From assembly GCA_016939365.1 (NCBI GenBank), contig JAFGHD010000084.1, positions 576 through 64,575 on the forward strand: a DNA stretch of 64,000 bases. The letters run 5' to 3'. Each line of letters opens with the position of its first letter. The stretch's first letter is position 1. The translations under genes were made by a program, and so were the position numbers. Shown here in pieces: positions 46,056-54,977 of the stretch. The stretch is from Bacteroidales bacterium (GTDB lineage: Bacteria > Bacteroidota > Bacteroidia > Bacteroidales > JAFGHD01). The notes beneath the pieces were generated by a model. That model saw nothing but the letters and a program-made list of their open reading frames with translations, was not told the origin of the DNA and searched no databases.

Positions 46056-46106
46056 CCTGCCTGATCTTATGATGTTGCAATTGATGATAAAAAAAATCGG
46101 CATACC

Positions 46107-49100
46107 ATGAAAAGAAAGTTACGCATTCTCGCTATCTCGTTGTTCAGCCTGATTTTGATCCTTCCGGGCTTTTCCGAGGAGTATCGTTTCGGTGAATACA
46201 AGTCCACGGAAAGCATCAAATCAACGGCGGCGGGGTGTGCTGCTCCATCGGGTTTCAGGTTCCTGCAAATCAATAATGTCAGGGCCAGGATCAACACCGG
46301 AGGCGATATGTGGTGGGATCTTCCCGGTGGCATCGGATCACAGTATTATGTTCCTGCCAACGGTTCAGCCACCTCCCTCTTTTCGGGATCGCTCTGGATC
46401 GGGGGGCTTGATATCAACAACCAGCTGAAACTGGCCGCCCTCAGGTTCCGCCAGGTCGGCCAGGACTATTGGACGGGTCCGCTGACCGTCGACCGTTCCG
46501 CATCCGTGGATGAAGAGACATGTTCCAAATATGACAAGCATTTCGTGATCAAAAGGGAGGAGGTGGAAGAGTTCGTCAACTGGTTTAACAGTGAAAACCC
46601 CGACGAGGAGTATCCCGGTTATTCCATACCCACATCCATCCTGGAGTATCCTGCTCACCCTGATCAAACCCTGCAGCAGAATAAATACCTGTCAAAATAC
46701 CTGGCACCCTTCTTCGATGTGGACGGGGATGGGGAGTATATGCCCAAGGAAAGCGGCGATTACCCCTATTACGACTTTGCCAACAACCTGTGCCCGACGA
46801 ACCTGTATCCCTATTACCTGGGGGAGGAAACCATCTACACGGGTGTTGTGGATGAAGACGGAAAGAAAGTGCTTGTACCCAAAGGTTCCCAGTATTTCCC
46901 GATCCGGACCAGTGAAACATATTATTATCCTACCGATGAAGTTCCGGTGGATTACTTCAACGGCCTTCTTGTCGACCAGGTGCTGAAGGGAGATGAGACT
47001 TTCTGGTGGATTTTCAACGACAAGGGAAATTTCCACACCGAGACCGACGGTTCGCCGATCGGGATGGAGATACGTGCCCAGGCCTTTGCCTTCGCTACCA
47101 ATGATGAGATCAACAACATGACCTTCTATAGTTATGAGATCATCAACCGCTCCACCTATGAATTGACCAAGACCTATTTCTGTCCCTGGATCGATGCCGA
47201 CCTGGGGTATGCATGGGACGACTATGTCGGTTGTGATGTGAACAGGGGACTGGGGTATGCCTACAACGGCAATGCCGTTGACGGGGGCGGCCAACCGGAA
47301 GCTTATGGCGACCAGCCGCCTGCCGTGGGTGTCGATTTCTTCCAGGGACCTTACATAGATCCCGATGGTTACGACAATCCCTCCTTCAGGGGTGACGGGT
47401 TATTGGGCCCGACATTCAACGGCGACTGCAGCATCGTATCCTTCGACTCCACCGTGATCAGCATGACATACGGACCAGCCGATTCCCTGGTCACGGGCAA
47501 TTTCATGGTGATGGCTGCCGCCATCAACGGCGTGAATTTCGGGAACGGCATCATCGACGATGAACGCTTCGGTATGAGGGGGTTCTCCTATCATGACAAT
47601 GAAGGGGGTGCGCAGGGCGACCCGAGATATGCCGTTGAATACTACAATTACCTTCAGGGTTTATGGCGCTATGGCGAACCCAGGCTTTACGGAGGAACGG
47701 CCTATCCGAATACACCCGGGGTGGTAGGCCCTGAGTGCGACTTCATGTTCCCGGGGGAAACAGACCCGTGTAACTGGGGAACGCATGGTGAGCTTCCCAA
47801 TGGTGGATTTAACCAGGGTGACCTCTACTGGACGGAGGAACAGGTGGGCAACAATCCCGACGACCGCCGTTTCATGCAATCGGCAGGCCCCTTCACACTG
47901 AAATCAGGTGCCGTAAACTATATCACCGTGGGTATCCCCTGGGCCAGAGCCATCGCAGGCGGTCCGTGGGCCTCAGTGGAACTCCTCAGGGTGGTGGACG
48001 ACAAATGCCAGGCCCTTTTCGACAACTGTTTCAAGGTGATCGACGGCCCGGATGCACCGGATCTCTCTTTCCGCGAAATGGACCGTGAACTGATCCTTTA
48101 CATTTCCAACAGCAAAGGCACCAACAACTTCAGGGAAGAATACCTGGAACTGGATCCCAGGATCAAGGCACTCACTCCCGATTCCCTCCTGGGAACGCCC
48201 GATGCCTACGATCCCTATTACCGCTTTGAGGGATATCAGATTTACCAGTTGAAGGACGCAACCGTATCTTTGGCTGAAAGCAAACATGATCCGGACAGAT
48301 GCCGTCTTGTCGCACAATATGACGTCAAAAACGGTGTTACCAAGCTGGTGAATTACTACTATGACCAGTCCATTGGTGCCAATGTCCCTGTTGTTGAAGT
48401 GACCGGCGGAGACAACGGGATCGTTCACGCATTCACTGTGACCGAGGATAAATTCGCTTCAGGCGACCGCAGGCTCGTGAACCACAAACAGTATTATTAC
48501 AGTGTCATAGCCTATGCCTTCAATAATTATAAGGATTATGACCAAACCGTGCCGACTGCCCTTGACGGACAGAAGGAACCCTATCTTTCAGGCCGGAAGA
48601 ACATTCAGGTTTACACGGCCATTCCACACAAGCTGATCAATGGTCTGGTGATGAATGCCGCCTTCGGCGACGGCCCCCAGATCACCCGGATCGAAGGGAA
48701 GGGAAACGGAGGACAGTATATTGAGCTGGCGGAAGAAACCATCGAAGAAATTCTCTCCAAACCTCCCGCTCTTACTGAAAATGACACCATGGGCAGCGAT
48801 ACTTATCCCATCGCTTACCGGGCCCGGTACAAATATGGATATGGCCCGGTCGACATCAGGGTCATTGATCCGCTCAATGTCAAGAAAGGTACCTATACGA
48901 TCTTCATCAGCAGCATTTATGATACGGTTTACCGCGAAGTGACCGGTGAGCCCATCCTGGGTGATACGGTTGTGGCATCTACCGGCAAATGGAAGATCAG
49001 GCTCAATGAGACAGGAGAGGTTTTTTATTCTGACAAAAAGATCGACACACCGAATGAACAGATGTTCCCGGAACTGGGTATTTCCATTAATGTATCCCAG

Positions 49101-50624
49101 CCGTTTGACCCAGGTCCATTCAAGGTAGGTGATACGGATCAGGGTACTGAAAGCCAGCCGGTCTGGAGGATTTTTTCCGATAATAACGGTTTGATCGATT
49201 CATATACGGAATATGCCGACAGCTCCCGGAGATGGCTTTCAGGAGTGCCGGACAATGATGTACCCGGCAGTTCGCAGAATTGGATCCGTTCGGGGGACTA
49301 CCAGGACCAGGATATTGGAGGCGGCACCTTTGACGATTACAATATGCCGAACAATCCGCTTGACCCGAACGAAAACTGGGAAAAGATCGAAAACGGCACC
49401 TGGGCACCCCATGTTCTATGCGCTACATACCTGCAGGACGAAAACGGGCCGGTATATGCCATTACCGGAGCAGCAGCCAAGCAGGATTTCCATTTGAGAA
49501 GGATGGCAAGTGTGGATATTGTTCTGACACCTGACAAGAGCAAATGGACCCGAAGCCTGGTGGTTGAAATGTGTCCCGATCCCGTTCTTGCCGAAGGCAA
49601 TACCCCCAGGTTCCACCCAAGAAACTCGCCATCCGTGGATAAGGAAGGCCGGCCGGCAGAAATGGGCGATACCATCCCCAGTACCAACCCGAACGATCCC
49701 GATTACCTGAAGACCACCGGGATGGGCTGGTTCCCGGGATACGCCATCAACCTTGAAACAACCGAAAGGCTTAACATCATATTCGGGGAGGATTCCTGGC
49801 TGGTGGCGGAGAACGGAAGGGATATGCTCTTCAATCCTTCTCCCAACATCTTTGAAAGTCCTTCCGGCAATCCCCTTTTCGGCGGCAAGCATTTTGTCTA
49901 CCTGATGGATCACAACCTTACTGAGGTCACCTATGGCCCCAATGCCAGTGATACCCTGCGTGCAGCCTTCCCGGCCTACGACGGCTGTATAGAGCTATCC
50001 AGGTGGATCGGTTATGACACGATCCTTCCCATTCAGAGGATCTACAACCTTCTGGCCTACCGAAGCGCTATGTATGTGGGCATCCCCCTGTCGGTGAAAG
50101 ACGAAGAATGGCTTTCCAACGAGGTCAGTATAAAGATCCGCGTTGCGAAACCCTACAAACGGCATTTTTCCAGCGATCAGGATACGGTCAATCAGTTTTA
50201 TCAGATTGATGGGACAGTTTATGCGCTGCAAAACAATAATTATCCGATGTATGAGTTTACCACCGATGCCATTGCAACCGTTGCGTCTGATCCTAACAAG
50301 AAGGAAACAGATCTCGATCTGATCGGTGTAGTCCCGAATCCCTATTACGCTTACTCGGATTATGAGACAGCCCCACTTCAAAATTGGGTCAGGATCATAT
50401 ACCTGCCCGAGAAGTGTACTGTGACCATTTACAATGTCAGCGGCACCTTGATCCGGAGGTTCACCAAGGATGATCCGGTCACTTATATTGACTGGGATCT
50501 TAAGAACCATGCAGGCATCCCGATCGCAGGAGGTATTTATCTGATCCATGTCAAATCGGACGCTGGCGAACGGATCGTCAAGTGGTTTGGCTCCCTGCGG
50601 GTGGAAGACTTCAACGAGTTCTGA
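46107..50624 (+). CDS. giant secreted protein of unknown function with a T9SS C-terminal sorting domain
   Basis: 1505 aa. Signal peptide MKRKLRILAISLFSLILILPGFS. Calcium-type DVDGDGEY motif. FEGYQIYQL FN3-like strand. C-terminal 90 aa match the T9SS type-A CTD pattern (VVPNPYY...TVTIYNVSGTLIRRF...IDWDLKNHAGIPIAGGIYLIHVKSDAGERIVKWFGSLR). I found no HExxH, GDSGG or other catalytic signature. Confidence 0.85.
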   Translation: MKRKLRILAISLFSLILILPGFSEEYRFGEYKSTESIKSTAAGCAAPSGFRFLQINNVRARINTGGDMWWDLPGGIGSQYYVPANGSATSLFSGSLWIGGLDINNQLKLAALRFRQVGQDYWTGPLTVDRSASVDEETCSKYDKHFVIKREEVEEFVNWFNSENPDEEYPGYSIPTSILEYPAHPDQTLQQNKYLSKYLAPFFDVDGDGEYMPKESGDYPYYDFANNLCPTNLYPYYLGEETIYTGVVDEDGKKVLVPKGSQYFPIRTSETYYYPTDEVPVDYFNGLLVDQVLKGDETFWWIFNDKGNFHTETDGSPIGMEIRAQAFAFATNDEINNMTFYSYEIINRSTYELTKTYFCPWIDADLGYAWDDYVGCDVNRGLGYAYNGNAVDGGGQPEAYGDQPPAVGVDFFQGPYIDPDGYDNPSFRGDGLLGPTFNGDCSIVSFDSTVISMTYGPADSLVTGNFMVMAAAINGVNFGNGIIDDERFGMRGFSYHDNEGGAQGDPRYAVEYYNYLQGLWRYGEPRLYGGTAYPNTPGVVGPECDFMFPGETDPCNWGTHGELPNGGFNQGDLYWTEEQVGNNPDDRRFMQSAGPFTLKSGAVNYITVGIPWARAIAGGPWASVELLRVVDDKCQALFDNCFKVIDGPDAPDLSFREMDRELILYISNSKGTNNFREEYLELDPRIKALTPDSLLGTPDAYDPYYRFEGYQIYQLKDATVSLAESKHDPDRCRLVAQYDVKNGVTKLVNYYYDQSIGANVPVVEVTGGDNGIVHAFTVTEDKFASGDRRLVNHKQYYYSVIAYAFNNYKDYDQTVPTALDGQKEPYLSGRKNIQVYTAIPHKLINGLVMNAAFGDGPQITRIEGKGNGGQYIELAEETIEEILSKPPALTENDTMGSDTYPIAYRARYKYGYGPVDIRVIDPLNVKKGTYTIFISSIYDTVYREVTGEPILGDTVVASTGKWKIRLNETGEVFYSDKKIDTPNEQMFPELGISINVSQPFDPGPFKVGDTDQGTESQPVWRIFSDNNGLIDSYTEYADSSRRWLSGVPDNDVPGSSQNWIRSGDYQDQDIGGGTFDDYNMPNNPLDPNENWEKIENGTWAPHVLCATYLQDENGPVYAITGAAAKQDFHLRRMASVDIVLTPDKSKWTRSLVVEMCPDPVLAEGNTPRFHPRNSPSVDKEGRPAEMGDTIPSTNPNDPDYLKTTGMGWFPGYAINLETTERLNIIFGEDSWLVAENGRDMLFNPSPNIFESPSGNPLFGGKHFVYLMDHNLTEVTYGPNASDTLRAAFPAYDGCIELSRWIGYDTILPIQRIYNLLAYRSAMYVGIPLSVKDEEWLSNEVSIKIRVAKPYKRHFSSDQDTVNQFYQIDGTVYALQNNNYPMYEFTTDAIATVASDPNKKETDLDLIGVVPNPYYAYSDYETAPLQNWVRIIYLPEKCTVTIYNVSGTLIRRFTKDDPVTYIDWDLKNHAGIPIAGGIYLIHVKSDAGERIVKWFGSLRVEDFNEF

Positions 50625-50667
50625 TACGGAAGAAAAAACTGGTTTATAACGATAAAAAATCAGAAAC

Positions 50668-51732
50668 ATGAAGAATTTTTACAGATACCTGGTCGCGCTG
50701 ATACTGGCAGGGCTGCTGATGGCCCCCATACCGGATCTTCTGGCAGGGAACAAGGACCGGTCAGGTCAATCCGGTGCCAGCGAGTTGCTGATCAACCCGT
50801 GGGCCAGGAGCTCAGGATGGGGAACTGCCAACATTGCCGGGGTCAAAGGATTGGAAGCCATATTCGCAAATGTGGCGGGTATCGCCTTCACCCAGCGTAC
50901 GGATCTGATCTTTGCCAACACCGATTGGCTCAGGGGGGCGGATATCAATCTCATGTCCTTTGGTTTTGCACAGCGGATTGGCCCCGCAGGAGTGCTGGGT
51001 CTCAGTGTGATGTCGATGAACTTTGGCGATATCGAGATACGAGAGGTCGATCTGCCTGAAGGCGGTATCGGCACATACTCGCCCAATCTTCTCAATATCG
51101 GGCTGGCATATGCAAAGGCCTTTTCCAACAGCATCTATGGCGGCATGACCTTCAAGATCATATCAGAATCGATTTCTGACGCATCTGCCCAGGGGATTGC
51201 TATCGATGCAGGCATCCAATATGTGACCGGTGAGCAGGAAAACGTGAAATTCGGCATCTCCCTTCGCAATGTGGGACCCAAAATGAAGTTTACGGGAGAC
51301 GGCTTTTCCCTCAGGGCAATGATCCCCGGTCAGGACAACCTGTTTTCCATGAACCAGCGCAGCGTGGCCTTTGAATTGCCGGCACAGCTCAACATCGGGG
51401 CTTCCTACGATTTCCTGTTTGAAAGGTCCCGGTTCACCGTTGCCGGCGCCTTCACATCCAATTCCTTTACCAAGGATCAGGTGACACTGGGGGGTGAATA
51501 TTCCTTCAGGGATTATGTGCAGCTCAGGGCCGGATATACCTATGAAAGCGGCATTGAAAAGGATATCGAGGATGAAGACCGCTCCAATGCCCTGAAAGGC
51601 CCCAGCGCAGGTTTTTCTGTCCAGGTGCCTTTAAACAAGGAAAAGGGATCAGTTTTTGCTGTGGATTATTCTTACAGACACACAGACCATTTCAACGGCA
51701 CACACAGCATCGGAGTAAGTTTCTCATTCTGA
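50668..51732 (+). CDS. PorV/PorQ-family outer-membrane beta-barrel (T9SS shuttle/attachment family)
   Basis: 354 aa. Signal peptide. N-terminal block GASELLINPWARSSGWGTANIAGVKGLEAIFANVAGIAF follows the PorV/PorQ pattern (..FLL...DARAAGLG...VA.....NPA..A). Alternating beta pattern. Ends in an aromatic signal ...IGVSFSF. Confidence 0.75.
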   Translation: MKNFYRYLVALILAGLLMAPIPDLLAGNKDRSGQSGASELLINPWARSSGWGTANIAGVKGLEAIFANVAGIAFTQRTDLIFANTDWLRGADINLMSFGFAQRIGPAGVLGLSVMSMNFGDIEIREVDLPEGGIGTYSPNLLNIGLAYAKAFSNSIYGGMTFKIISESISDASAQGIAIDAGIQYVTGEQENVKFGISLRNVGPKMKFTGDGFSLRAMIPGQDNLFSMNQRSVAFELPAQLNIGASYDFLFERSRFTVAGAFTSNSFTKDQVTLGGEYSFRDYVQLRAGYTYESGIEKDIEDEDRSNALKGPSAGFSVQVPLNKEKGSVFAVDYSYRHTDHFNGTHSIGVSFSF

Positions 51733-51763
51733 GCTGTCAAAAAACAGGTCATTCCATACAATA

Positions 51764-51803
51764 AGATAAAAGGACCCTAATGTAGGGTCTTTTTATCTTT
51801 TTG
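51764..51803 (+). terminator. strong intrinsic terminator closing the 42336-51732 gene block
   Basis: AGATAAAAGGACCCTA (51764-51779) pairs with TAGGGTCTTTTTATCT (51783-51798), 16 bp including one G-U. The loop is 3 nt, with an A-tract before and a T-tract after. Confidence 0.75.
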
Positions 51804-51821
51804 ATGTCAATTTCAGAAGTT

Positions 51822-52307
51822 ATGTCTAAGATCAGGTACTACACCAAAGAAGGCCTGGAGAATATCAGGGAAGAGCTTGAGCATCTTATAAAAGTCGAAA
51901 GACCCGCCATTTCACTTCAGATTGCGGAAGCCAGAGATAAGGGAGACCTTTCGGAGAATGCTGAATATGTAGCGGCCAAAGATGCACAGGCCTTGCTCGA
52001 ACTGAAGATCTCCAGGCTCCAGGATATGATCATTCACGCCAGGATCATCGACGAATCCAAGTTGGACAACTCCAAAATACTGTTGCTTTCCACCGTGAAG
52101 ATCAAAAACCTGAAAAGCGGTTCCCTGATGACATATACCATTGTTCCCGAACAGGAGGCCGATGTAAAATCTGGAAAAATTTCCGTATCTTCACCCATTG
52201 CACGAGGCCTTCTGGGAATGAAGGTGGGCGATAAGGTCGAAATCCGGGTGCCCGCCGGCGTAATCCCCTTTGAGGTGATGGAAATATCAAGGTCAACCGA
52301 GGATTAA
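51822..52307 (+). CDS. greA: transcription elongation factor GreA
   Basis: MSKIRYYTKEGLENIREELEHL..., with the acidic tip ARDKGDLSENAEYVAAKD and SVSSPIARGLLGMKVGD. An alternative ATG is at 51804. Confidence 0.93.
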   Translation: MSKIRYYTKEGLENIREELEHLIKVERPAISLQIAEARDKGDLSENAEYVAAKDAQALLELKISRLQDMIIHARIIDESKLDNSKILLLSTVKIKNLKSGSLMTYTIVPEQEADVKSGKISVSSPIARGLLGMKVGDKVEIRVPAGVIPFEVMEISRSTED

Positions 52308-52329
52308 CAAAACCAACAACCATATAGTC

Positions 52330-52734
52330 ATGGCGAGTATTTTTTCCAGGATCGCTCAGGGGGAAATACCATCCTGGAAGGTTGCGGAAGACGAAAAGCA
52401 TTATGCCTTTCTTGATATCAACCCGTTAACCGAAGGACACACCCTGGTGATCCCCAGGAAAGAAATTGACTATGTCTTCGATCTGGACGAACCTGCCTAC
52501 AGCGAACTGTTTCTGTTTGCCCGCAAGGTGGCACGGGCCATTCAGAGCCAGGTGGACTGCATCCGGATGGGAATGGTGGTTTATGGCCTTGACGTGCCTC
52601 ATGCACATATTCACCTGATCCCACTGAAAGGCCAGAACGATATCGATTTCTCGAAGCCAAAGGTCCAACTCTCCCAGGAACGCTTCCGTGATATCGCATC
52701 AGCGATCCTGAAGGCCTTTCAGGAACTGGATTGA
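52330..52734 (+). CDS. HIT-family (histidine triad) nucleotide hydrolase
   Basis: 134 aa. The HAHIHLIP histidine triad and the EGHTLVIPRKE block. Confidence 0.9.
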   Translation: MASIFSRIAQGEIPSWKVAEDEKHYAFLDINPLTEGHTLVIPRKEIDYVFDLDEPAYSELFLFARKVARAIQSQVDCIRMGMVVYGLDVPHAHIHLIPLKGQNDIDFSKPKVQLSQERFRDIASAILKAFQELD

Positions 52735-52737
52735 TAA

Positions 52738-54639
52738 TCAATAAGCCCGTACATTCCGTCCTTCGATATAGTTGATGAAGGAGCGGTTGACCACCATATT
52801 GCCCCCGGGTGTAGGATAGTCCCCGGTAAAATACCATACTCCCCGGTGACCGGGGATGGCTTCATGCAGATGTTCGATGGTCTGGTAAATGACCTGGATC
52901 GTGGCATTGATCTCTCCCGTGGTCAGCATACGGCTGATTTTTTCTGAGATCTGCCCTGCAGAGAAGGGTGCATATATCTCCTTCACAAGGTTGATGATCC
53001 GGTCTTTCGGTTGGTTCACCTGAGCCAGGCATTTTTTGTACACCTGGTTGATAACGTGTGTCTGACGGGTGTCATGGAGCAGTTCCATGGCCGCCCTGAA
53101 CGCGATGAAATCCCCAAGCTTGGCCATGTCAATGCCGTAGCAGTCGGGGTACCTGATCTGCGGAGCGGAGGAGGCCACGATGATTTTTTTGGGCCCAAGC
53201 CGGTCCAGGATGCTTATAATGCTTTGTTTGAGGGTTGTGCCACGCACAATGGAGTCATCAATCACCACCAGGTTGTCAATGCCCGGCCTGATCACCCCGT
53301 AAGTCACATCATACACATGCCCCACCAGATCATCCCGTTCGTTCTCCTGGGTAATGAAAGTCCGGAGTTTCAGGTCCTTGACTGCAATGGTTTCTATCCT
53401 CGGACGCAGATTGAAAAAACCCTTCAGTTTTTCTGATGTCAGATCACCGCCCGCCTGAAGAATCTTTTCTGAGATGACCTGGTCGCAGAAATTCTGCAGT
53501 GCATCAACCAATCCCTGAAAAGCCACTGCAGCAGTGTTGGGAATATAAGAGAACACAGTATTCTCAAGGTCCCAGTCGATGGCCCTGAGAATCGCCGGCG
53601 CCAGAAAACGACCCAGCTGCTTTCTTTCCTGATATATGTCCTTGTCGGTTCCACGGGAAAAATAAATGCGTTCAAAGGAGCATGAACGTTTCTCGAGAGG
53701 GTTGCGGCAATTATGTTCTGCGCATTCTCCGTTTTTTCTAATGATCAGGCTGTATCCGGGCTTAATCTCATTCACCGGTCCGGACTGTACATTGAATGCG
53801 GTCATGATCACGGGTCTCTCGGATGCCACGATCACCACCTCTTCATCCCGGTAATAGAAAGCGGGCCGGATACCGGAAGGGTCGCGAAGTACGAAAGCAT
53901 CACCATGCCCAAGAAGCCCGGCGATGGTATAGCCACCATCCCATTGCGCCGATGATTGTGTCAGGATCTTTTGAAGATCAAGGGCTGATGCGATCCGCTC
54001 CGATATTTCTTTTCTGGAATAACCTTCCTTTTTGAATTGCTGGTAAAGGTTTTCATTCTCTTCGTCAAGAAAATGACCGATTTTTTCCAGGATGGTGATG
54101 GTATCTGAAGTCTCCACCGGATGCTGGCCATATTCCACCAATCCTTCAAACAACTCTCCGACATTGGTCATGTTGAAATTACCGGCCAGAACCAGGTTCC
54201 TTGTTTTCCAGTTGTTCTCCCGCAGGACCGGGTGGAGGCTTTCCGGATCATTTTTACCGTAGGTCCCGTATCTGAGGTGACCAAGGAACAACTCTCCAGT
54301 GAAGGGCATATTCTGTTTCAGCCACATGGGATCCAGCAGCCGCTCCGGATTTTTCTCCTTCAGAGCCCTGAAGGGTTCATATACCTGGCTGAAAATGTCC
54401 TTGATGGGTGCCTCGGAATTGGACCGGATCCTGTGGATATACCTCTTGCCCGGCTCAAGATCCAGCTTGATGGATGTAATCCCCGCCCCGTCCTGACCGC
54501 GGTTTTGCTGCTTCTGCATTAACAGGTGAAGCTTGCCGATGCCGTAAAGAGGCGTACCGTATTTTGAGAAGTAGTATTCCGGCGGTTTCAGAAGCCGGAC
54601 CATGGCAATACCACACTCGTGTTTGATCAGTTCACTCAT
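52738..54639 (-). CDS. purF: amidophosphoribosyltransferase (long Bacteroidota form)
   Basis: 633 aa. N-terminal nucleophile context MSELIKHECGIAMV (class II Ntn amidotransferase). PRTase loop VVIDDSIVRGTT. Confidence 0.9.
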   Translation of the reverse strand: MSELIKHECGIAMVRLLKPPEYYFSKYGTPLYGIGKLHLLMQKQQNRGQDGAGITSIKLDLEPGKRYIHRIRSNSEAPIKDIFSQVYEPFRALKEKNPERLLDPMWLKQNMPFTGELFLGHLRYGTYGKNDPESLHPVLRENNWKTRNLVLAGNFNMTNVGELFEGLVEYGQHPVETSDTITILEKIGHFLDEENENLYQQFKKEGYSRKEISERIASALDLQKILTQSSAQWDGGYTIAGLLGHGDAFVLRDPSGIRPAFYYRDEEVVIVASERPVIMTAFNVQSGPVNEIKPGYSLIIRKNGECAEHNCRNPLEKRSCSFERIYFSRGTDKDIYQERKQLGRFLAPAILRAIDWDLENTVFSYIPNTAAVAFQGLVDALQNFCDQVISEKILQAGGDLTSEKLKGFFNLRPRIETIAVKDLKLRTFITQENERDDLVGHVYDVTYGVIRPGIDNLVVIDDSIVRGTTLKQSIISILDRLGPKKIIVASSAPQIRYPDCYGIDMAKLGDFIAFRAAMELLHDTRQTHVINQVYKKCLAQVNQPKDRIINLVKEIYAPFSAGQISEKISRMLTTGEINATIQVIYQTIEHLHEAIPGHRGVWYFTGDYPTPGGNMVVNRSFINYIEGRNVRAY

Positions 54640-54977
54640 CCGCCAGGTGTAAAGGTTTTGTGGAATGAAAGTAATGTCTTACTTTTATTTCGTTCTGCCA
54701 CATGAATGATTTCGTCTTGAGGAATTTGCATCTGTGCGAGAACAGGTTCACGCCCGGAATAGTGGAAATATCCTGGAGCAGCCTTTATCTACAGGTTTTT
54801 CGCACCATTCGGGGTTTTGTAAAATTAGTAAAAAAATGCCTGTGCATTGCAAAAAGAACCGGAAGCCTTGCCGTTCTGTCGTTATGGCAGGTGGTCATTA
54901 TATGATATATGAATTTACCCGGCCGCGAGCTGGTGTTTCCTCAGGAAAGTGCCGGATTGTTTTCAAAACCCGATGAT

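Noticed and set aside
46107-50624. Hypothesis that the large gene upstream of the PorV-like gene is porU, since porU and porV adjacency is common
   Set aside because: The protein lacks the gingipain/C25-type blocks of PorU. There is no NYAGHG-like His motif and no ATCDF-like Cys motif. Its N-terminal region shows no similarity by eye to P. gingivalis PorU. Only the generic CTD is shared.
52734-52740. Convergent HIT and purF genes whose stop codons are only 3 nt apart, considered as a shared bidirectional terminator
   Set aside because: There is no room for a hairpin between the stops and none is obvious just inside either gene. I treated this as ordinary tight convergent packing.
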